From assembly GCA_040216665.1 (NCBI GenBank), contig JAVJOQ010000012.1:20585-84584 (forward strand): a stretch of 64,000 bases of DNA, read 5' to 3'. The position numbers and the translations under genes were made by a program. Below the pieces are notes generated by a model that saw only the letters and a program-made list of their open reading frames with translations, was not told the DNA's origin and did no database searches. Source of the stretch: Cyclobacteriaceae bacterium (lineage in GTDB: Bacteria > Bacteroidota > Bacteroidia > Cytophagales > Cyclobacteriaceae). Each line of letters starts with the position of its first letter. Positions within the stretch are counted from its first letter, which is position 1. This document shows, piece after piece, positions 57,859-64,000 of this stretch.

Positions 57859-58623
57859 ATGAAATGGATGCAACATCTCAAGAAACTACACCCTGAACTT
57901 ATTAGTATGGTTCTTCTCCTAGCTATGACGGGACTGAAGACTCAGAATCATGTATATCAGGATGACTCGTTGCGGGTAGAACAATTAACGGAAAACACCT
58001 TCCAACACATCACCTATTTAAGAACGCAGGACTTTGGTAACGTAGCTTGCAATGGAATGATCGTAAGAGGCAATGGAGAGGCCATCATCTTTGACACACC
58101 CTCCAATGATGAAGACTCGAAGGAACTGATCGATTGGGTGGAGAACACCTTGCAGTGTAAAGTAGTGGCCATAGTAGCAACGCACTTTCATATCGATTGC
58201 CTAGGAGGACTGAATGAGTTCCACAGCAGAAAGATTCCATCTTATGCCAGCAACAAAACCATTGATCTTGCCAAGGGTAAGGGTTCGCCCATTCCGCAAT
58301 ATGGTTTTGATGGCCAGCTTGAATTAAAGGTGGGTGACAAAAAAGTAATCAATGCCTATGCAGGTGAGGGGCACACCCAAGATAACATAGTTGGGTACTT
58401 CCCAAGTGAAAAGGTGTTATTCGGTGGTTGTATGATCAAGTCCATGGGAGCTGGGAAAGGCAACCTCGAAGATGCCAACGTGAAGGACTGGCCAAAAACA
58501 GTAAAGAAAGTAAAGACCCAATTTGCGGACGCCCAAGTAATTCTTCCCGGACATGGTGATTCAGGTGGGCAAGAGTTGTTAGACTTTACGATTAAGCTGT
58601 TTGCAAAGAGTAAAGGAAATTAA
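57859..58623 (+). CDS. subclass B1 metallo-beta-lactamase
   Basis: All six B1 zinc ligands are in context: HFHID (His116/His118/Asp120), GEGHTQDN (His196), GGCMIKS (Cys221), LPGHG (His263). ATG 57859 gives a signal peptide and is preferred to GTG 57808. Confidence 0.85.
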   Translation: MKWMQHLKKLHPELISMVLLLAMTGLKTQNHVYQDDSLRVEQLTENTFQHITYLRTQDFGNVACNGMIVRGNGEAIIFDTPSNDEDSKELIDWVENTLQCKVVAIVATHFHIDCLGGLNEFHSRKIPSYASNKTIDLAKGKGSPIPQYGFDGQLELKVGDKKVINAYAGEGHTQDNIVGYFPSEKVLFGGCMIKSMGAGKGNLEDANVKDWPKTVKKVKTQFADAQVILPGHGDSGGQELLDFTIKLFAKSKGN

Positions 58624-58765
58624 ACCCACTATGGGGGATAGGAACATGCGTGTACAAACTCTCTTTGGTGGTTTCATGGTAAAACCCTAAATTCATCTTC
58701 TTAAAATTCAGCGATTATCTTTATTGCACTAAGATCCAAGGTCCTTTGGCCCCTTACTACTCATT

Positions 58766-60145
58766 ATGAAAAATAATTTACTCAGGCGCTATGTTTGGAT
58801 AGGCCTTTTCACCAGTCTCTTACTTACTTCGTGTCAACCACAAGAGAAGGAATCTAAAATTGAATTTACCGTACCGGTGGAATACTACAAGTTACCCAAT
58901 GGCTTGAAAGTAATTCTATCGCAAGATAAAACAGCTCCCACTGTGGTCATAGCTGTTTATTACAACATCGGTTTTCGTATTGAACCTAAAGACAGAACAG
59001 GCTTTGCTCACCTATTTGAACATATGATGTTCCAGGGATCTAAAAATATGCCTAAGGGTGAATTTGATAAAATCATAGAGCACAATGGAGGAATCAATAA
59101 TGGGTCTACGCGATTTGATTTTACCAATTACTTTGAGATCATGCCGTCTCATATGCTTGAGCCTCTGCTGTGGGTGGAAGCGGATAGAATGACAGGTCTT
59201 GATATTAGTCAGGCGAGCCTTACTAACCAACAAGGTGTTGTAAAGAATGAAGTGAAAGTGAATGTGCTCAACCAACCTTATGGCGGTTTCCCCTGGTTGG
59301 ATATGCCACAATATGCGAATGAGAACTGGTACAATGCACACAATTTCTATGGTGACCTTGCAGACCTTGACGCAGCTCAATTAGAAGATGTAGACGACTT
59401 TTTTAAAACCTTTTATGCACCTAACAATGCGGCACTTTCTATTGTTGGTGATTTTGAAATAGACGATGCTAAAAAATGGATTGATGAATATTTCGGAAGT
59501 ATCCCAAAGGCTAACCTGCCCGCGAAGGTGGATATCAGTGAACCCCGCCAGGAAGAAGAAAAACGATTTACTAAAGAAGATAAGTTGGCCAGTAAACCAG
59601 CTATCGCTGTTGCCTATAAAATGCCAGAACGAAATAGCCCCGAATACTACGCCATGGGACTTATCGATCAATTGTTATTACAAGGTCATGACAGTAAACT
59701 CTTTCAATCTCTTGTTCAAGAGAAAGGTTATACTGATAATGTGAGTGGAGGTATTAATTATCTGGGCAACATGTTTAACTACAATGGCCCTATGATTTGG
59801 ATGGCAGATTTAATACATGATGCAAACGTCTCTCAGGACTCCATCCTAACTGTGTTTGATAAGGCTGTAATTGATTTGGACAAGGTGACCCAGGAAGAAG
59901 TGGATTTGGCAATTGTCAAGATACGGTCCAGCCTGTATGATGACATGGGAGGTTTCTTTGGTGTAGGCCGAGCAGATCTTCTTGCATGTTTTGCCTTGTT
60001 CGATGATGATCCCAATCGTATCAATCATATCGAAGCAGAATTCAAAAAAATTACACCAGAAATAATAAAAAATACAGCAAAGGAGTACCTGCGAAAGACT
60101 AACCGTACTGTTTTGATACTTGATCCTAAAGCAGAGAATTTATGA
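58766..60145 (+). CDS. M16 family (pitrilysin/insulinase-like) zinc peptidase, active subunit
   Basis: Lipoprotein-type signal (LLLTSC) and inverted zinc motif HLFEHMMFQGS. Confidence 0.85.
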   Translation: MKNNLLRRYVWIGLFTSLLLTSCQPQEKESKIEFTVPVEYYKLPNGLKVILSQDKTAPTVVIAVYYNIGFRIEPKDRTGFAHLFEHMMFQGSKNMPKGEFDKIIEHNGGINNGSTRFDFTNYFEIMPSHMLEPLLWVEADRMTGLDISQASLTNQQGVVKNEVKVNVLNQPYGGFPWLDMPQYANENWYNAHNFYGDLADLDAAQLEDVDDFFKTFYAPNNAALSIVGDFEIDDAKKWIDEYFGSIPKANLPAKVDISEPRQEEEKRFTKEDKLASKPAIAVAYKMPERNSPEYYAMGLIDQLLLQGHDSKLFQSLVQEKGYTDNVSGGINYLGNMFNYNGPMIWMADLIHDANVSQDSILTVFDKAVIDLDKVTQEEVDLAIVKIRSSLYDDMGGFFGVGRADLLACFALFDDDPNRINHIEAEFKKITPEIIKNTAKEYLRKTNRTVLILDPKAENL

Positions 60146-61530
60146 AAGTTATAAAATTTTATATACTAATAATGTTGGTGACGTTGGGTTCAGCATCTTA
60201 TGCCCAACGACAAACACCTCCTGAAGGTGGAACCCCAAAAGGATTTTCGTTACCTGCCAAGATAACGGCCACATTAGAAAATGGAATGAGTTCCGCTTTG
60301 GTTCAGTATGGTATTATACCAAAGGTAAACATCAACCTTATCATCAAAACAGGGAATATCCATGAAACCAAGGATCAGGTTTGGTTGGCGGATCTTACAG
60401 GTGACTTCATGAGAGAAGGGACCACGAGCATGAACTTTGCCACCTTATCAAAAAAGGCGGCCGCTATGGGAGGGGAGGTGAACATAAGCGTTGGTGTGGA
60501 TCAAACTACAATTTCTGGTTCTGTACTCTCTGAGTATGCAAGCGAATTAATTACCCTTATTGGTGATATTGCAATGAACCCTTCCTTTCCAGCGTCAGAG
60601 TTAGACAGGCTGAAGAATGATTTAAAAAGACAACTGGCAGTACAAAAGACACAACCCAGCGCATTGGCAGCTGAGAAATTCAACCAGATCATTTATCCCA
60701 ATCATCCTTACGGACGATATTTCCCTACAGAGGAAATGTTGGATTCGTACGCATTGGATATGGTTAAGGATTTTTATACAATTAATTTTGGGGCCAAACG
60801 AAGTGTACTCTATGTGGTGGGCAAGTTTGATGAATCCAATGTCTCTAGTCAGATACAAAAAGTTTTTTCATCATGGACACCAGGCCCGGATGTGAGTTAT
60901 CCCAAAGTGGAAGCCAGGAGGACCAATGAGGTGGCGCAGATCGACCGAAAGGGTGCGCCTCAAACTACTATCATAGTGGGGTTACCCTCGCCCTCACCAG
61001 CTAGCCCCGATTATGTTGCCTTGGATTTAACCAACTCTTTATTGGGTGGTTCTTTTGGCTCCCGGATTACATCCAATATCAGGGAAGATAAAGGATATAC
61101 CTATTCACCAAGAAGTGTAATTCAAAATCGTAAATCTGCTTCCGTTTGGTACGAGCAAGCCGATGTTACTACTGAGCATACCGGAGCATCGCTTACGGAA
61201 ATAGCCAAAGAAATAAATCGCTTACAAAACGAAATACCCTCTGAAGAAGAGATTGATGGAATCAAAAAGTATGAAGCCGGCTTATTTGTGCTGCGCAATT
61301 CATCCCCCGGTGGAATTATCAGTCAATTGAATTTTTTGGACTTACACGATTTAGATGATTCTTTCCTTACTGACCGAGTCAAAAATATTTATGCAGTCAC
61401 GCCTGAGAAGGTAAGTGAAATGGCAAAGACTCACCTGAAGTACGAGGACATGACTTTGGTTTTGGTAGGAGATAAGGTGGCCCTTGAAAAGCAGAAAAAG
61501 GAATTGGAGGATACGAGAAAGATTCATTAG
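60142..61530 (+). CDS. M16 family peptidase, HxxEH-less (probably non-catalytic) partner subunit
   Basis: Signal peptide and M16 fold resemblance, but no HxxEH motif. 4-nt overlap with the upstream M16 gene. Confidence 0.8.
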   Translation: MKVIKFYILIMLVTLGSASYAQRQTPPEGGTPKGFSLPAKITATLENGMSSALVQYGIIPKVNINLIIKTGNIHETKDQVWLADLTGDFMREGTTSMNFATLSKKAAAMGGEVNISVGVDQTTISGSVLSEYASELITLIGDIAMNPSFPASELDRLKNDLKRQLAVQKTQPSALAAEKFNQIIYPNHPYGRYFPTEEMLDSYALDMVKDFYTINFGAKRSVLYVVGKFDESNVSSQIQKVFSSWTPGPDVSYPKVEARRTNEVAQIDRKGAPQTTIIVGLPSPSPASPDYVALDLTNSLLGGSFGSRITSNIREDKGYTYSPRSVIQNRKSASVWYEQADVTTEHTGASLTEIAKEINRLQNEIPSEEEIDGIKKYEAGLFVLRNSSPGGIISQLNFLDLHDLDDSFLTDRVKNIYAVTPEKVSEMAKTHLKYEDMTLVLVGDKVALEKQKKELEDTRKIH

Positions 61531-61724
61531 TGCTTCTCACGTCTTTAACGATTAGCATTTTCTGATAGTTCTTGCCTGCAGTCGGTGTTGCTACCGATCT
61601 AAGGAACGGGTAAGCACTAAATATCCAAAGTGTGTCATGCATCATTTCATTGCCAAAGGATCGCCACAGCCGACTCTGCTTGCTTGATTCTATTTACTAT
61701 AGGCTCAAGGCTATAGACTATCTA

Positions 61725-63191
61725 CTACTCCTCCGGTAACTTGCTGAACAATTCCTTCGTGTCAACACCCTTCTTCTCTAATGCCTTTCTTTCTTTAAAG
61801 TAAACAAGACTGGCTATGGTCATCACAATGATCCACACAGGGGTAGAATGAAAATACCACTCGTCTACGTTGGAGGTAAGATCTTTGTAAGTATGTATAC
61901 CAAGGAAACCAGTTAATAGTATAATGCCCGAAACGGCAATCATCAATTGAAGTTTTCTATTTCTAATCACTTTTACTTCCATTGCTAATTCAGGGTTGTG
62001 CTGATGTAACGATACCACGGTCACACACATCAAAAGAAAATTCACCAACATGGAAGTGACCATGATGTCGATACCCAAAAAGAAGTCTCCAGCAAAATGG
62101 CTTCCTAAAATTCCAATTGAAGCCATTACTCCACTTCCTATGATGGCGTTGATAGGGGTGTGATGTTTTGCACTTACTTTGGATATGGACTTGGGGAAGA
62201 TACCATCTTCTGCCCATGCAAACATTAGTCGTGAAACAGACAAGATCATGGCGGGTAAATCATTGAGAAGTGCAATGGCTGCACCGGCTACAATTAAAAT
62301 AGCCCAACCCGATGGGAGCAGGTAACTCAAGACTCCTGCAGCGGTGATGTCTTTGTTCATGGCTTCTTGTGCAATGAATTGCCACGGTACCGCATGATAC
62401 ACTGCGGCAGTGAATAAAAAGTAAAAACCACCAACAGTAAGTACAGCAATGGCAATGGCTTTGGGCAGGGCAGAGGTTGGATTTTTGGCTTCTCCTCCCG
62501 CTTGCGCAATAGAATCAAACCCAATAAAGCTGGAGAAGAGTATGGCAGCGGCAGCCAGAAAGGTGGCCATACTGAAAGTAGAATTATCAGCAGGTATAGT
62601 AAATGCAGGAACAGCTTGCTGAAAGTCCTGATGGTTGTAGAGAAACCCGGCAATAATTACTACGGTACCCAGACTAAACATAAGGAACATAAGTGGCACT
62701 ACAGTGCGTTCGTAAAATTTCACACCCCTTATATTCACATACACAAAAGTCCAGAGGAGCAGCAGTGAGAGCGTCACACGAATGGTGCCGTTATCGAGGG
62801 CTGATGCCAATTGAGGCATACTTAGCTCAGTGGCGATGTCTCTAAAGAAAGGAATAATCACATAAGAGATCACACCAATAACAATGGAAAGGCCAAACCA
62901 TTGCGAGAAACTGGCGACAAACCCAAGATAAGGGTGAAGACCCCGACTTGCATAAATGTAACTTCCTCCTGCGCGAGGCATCGCTGAGGCCAAAATACTA
63001 TAAGCAAATGCAGCGAGTATGGCTGGAAGTGCCGCCAACAGAAATGCCGGCAATACATAAGGGCCAATACCTGGTACATTGCGCTGAATCATAAAAGGCA
63101 CTACATAGATAGAAGCCCCCAACATGGAACAAATACCGGTGGACGCCAGACCCAACAATCCAATATGACGGGTTAAGTTATTTTTTTTCAA
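61725..63191 (-). CDS. APC superfamily amino acid permease
   Basis: About 12 TM helices. N-terminal GASIYVVP and PRAGGSYIYA motifs are typical of APC permeases. Confidence 0.85.
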   Translation of the reverse strand: MKKNNLTRHIGLLGLASTGICSMLGASIYVVPFMIQRNVPGIGPYVLPAFLLAALPAILAAFAYSILASAMPRAGGSYIYASRGLHPYLGFVASFSQWFGLSIVIGVISYVIIPFFRDIATELSMPQLASALDNGTIRVTLSLLLLWTFVYVNIRGVKFYERTVVPLMFLMFSLGTVVIIAGFLYNHQDFQQAVPAFTIPADNSTFSMATFLAAAAILFSSFIGFDSIAQAGGEAKNPTSALPKAIAIAVLTVGGFYFLFTAAVYHAVPWQFIAQEAMNKDITAAGVLSYLLPSGWAILIVAGAAIALLNDLPAMILSVSRLMFAWAEDGIFPKSISKVSAKHHTPINAIIGSGVMASIGILGSHFAGDFFLGIDIMVTSMLVNFLLMCVTVVSLHQHNPELAMEVKVIRNRKLQLMIAVSGIILLTGFLGIHTYKDLTSNVDEWYFHSTPVWIIVMTIASLVYFKERKALEKKGVDTKELFSKLPEE

Positions 63192-63265
63192 GTTGACTTA
63201 TACTGTATATTTAAAACATGCTTGTGCTTAAAGATATATACATTTAGTTAGGAGGCTATCGGTAC

Positions 63266-64000
63266 ATGAAGGAATCTGTCAAAACTTTTTTAATAGCGGC
63301 ATTAATGCTGTTGGTGAGCATTGGTACAGGTACGATTGCATTTGCCACTTTAGAGGGGTACAATCTACTGGATGCTTTTTACATGACCATGCTCATGGTA
63401 TCTACAGTTGGATTTCGTGAAGTGTCGCCCTTAACCGATAGTGGCAAACTATTCGCAAGTTTCTACATGATGTTCAATCTTGGTATTTATGCTTACATCG
63501 TATCGGTAATCAGTCGGTATATATTTGAAGGGGAGTTCAGAAAAATATTTACTACATTCATTTTTAACAAAAAGACAAAGAAGTTGAAGAATCATGTGAT
63601 CGTAGTGGGATATGGGAAAACGGGAGCGCGTACCTGTGAAGAGCTATTAAAAAGCGAAGAACAATTCATTTTGATTGAACATGATCCCGAAGCATTGCAG
63701 TACCTTCCTAAAACGCCTCGCTTTCAAATCTTAAAAGAAGATGCAACACGAGAAGAAGTGTTGATGAAAGCCCGAATTGAAGTGGCTAAATCTATGATTA
63801 TTACCCTGCCCAATGATGCAGATAATATGATCATCTGTATTACGGCAAAGGGCATAAATCCCAACCTCAATATTATTGCAAGGGCTTCTGAGGAGAGCGC
63901 TGAGAAAAAGCTGTATCGGGCTGGTGCCAATAAAGTAGTAAAACCATTTGCTATTGGAGGCATTCATATGGCACACTTGATTACGCAACCGTATGTCATT
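63266..64000 (+). CDS. 2TM potassium-channel-like protein with RCK/TrkA-N domain (3' end outside the window)
   Basis: Not in the ORF track because it runs off the window. M1-pore-M2 topology with the pore sequence STVGFRE, then Rossmann-type VIVVGYGKTG. The frame is open from ATG 63266 to the window end. Confidence 0.8.
   Translation, partial: MKESVKTFLIAALMLLVSIGTGTIAFATLEGYNLLDAFYMTMLMVSTVGFREVSPLTDSGKLFASFYMMFNLGIYAYIVSVISRYIFEGEFRKIFTTFIFNKKTKKLKNHVIVVGYGKTGARTCEELLKSEEQFILIEHDPEALQYLPKTPRFQILKEDATREEVLMKARIEVAKSMIITLPNDADNMIICITAKGINPNLNIIARASEESAEKKLYRAGANKVVKPFAIGGIHMAHLITQPYVI

Noticed and set aside
56786-58765. TA pair plus metallo-beta-lactamase as a bounded mobile genomic island
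   Set aside because: I found no integrase, transposase, flanking direct repeats or tRNA attachment site. The accessory status is only a suspicion, and synteny comparison is needed to test it.
63251-63255. GGAGG as a Shine-Dalgarno site for the K-channel gene
   Set aside because: Bacteroidota generally do not rely on SD pairing, and other genes in the window lack such sites. It is probably coincidental.
1-64000. CRISPR arrays, rRNA genes, IS elements, prophage or known defence systems (RM, CBASS, retron, Abi)
   Set aside because: I scanned both strands and all intergenic gaps longer than 100 nt. I found no spaced direct-repeat arrays, no rRNA-like sequence, and no transposase, integrase, reverse transcriptase or nuclease-helicase signatures. 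The only interspersed repeats are the tRNA-like units and the 11-bp array.

Overview
This window reads as an ordinary, gene-dense chromosomal segment of a Bacteroidota bacterium (Cytophagia/Flavobacteriia-like). The phylum call rests on four things: TAnnTTTG -7 promoter boxes in front of many genes, a T9SS C-terminal sorting domain on a subtilase, many SpII lipoproteins, and a gyrA-TPR gene pair. The sequence is moderately AT-rich (not computed).

I support 56 CDS (one of them a 40-aa sORF absent from the ORF track), one tRNA gene, several intrinsic terminators and about 10 candidate promoters.

- **Housekeeping genes:** accA, folC, trmB, rpe, gyrA, pfkA and hutU.
- **Other content:** an ABC-F ATPase, two gamma-glutamyltransferase paralogues, several secreted peptidases (S8, S10, M61, an M16 pair) and transporters (SSF, ClC, APC, VIT1, a 2TM K-channel).
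- **Not seen:** rRNA, CRISPR array, transposase, integrase, phage genes or a recognisable defence island.

I could not identify a clear-cut novel multi-gene system. The best candidates for follow-up are:
1. A 1009-aa cytoplasmic fusion of an APH-type kinase, an M23 (LytM) domain and a class-III PLP enzyme.
2. Two near-identical degenerate tRNA-like units forming a tandem 89-nt repeat, apparently co-transcribed as a leader of tRNA-Asp(GTC).
3. A tightly linked cluster of an LpoB-like lipoprotein, a large TPR-like lipoprotein and a basic-tailed outer-membrane protein.
4. A 40-aa membrane sORF translationally coupled between a PIG-L deacetylase and a sodium:solute symporter.
5. A small accessory-looking block of an RHH-MazF toxin-antitoxin pair, an 11-bp tandem repeat and an intact subclass B1 metallo-beta-lactamase.

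All functional calls come from motif and family recognition by eye. No database search was run.
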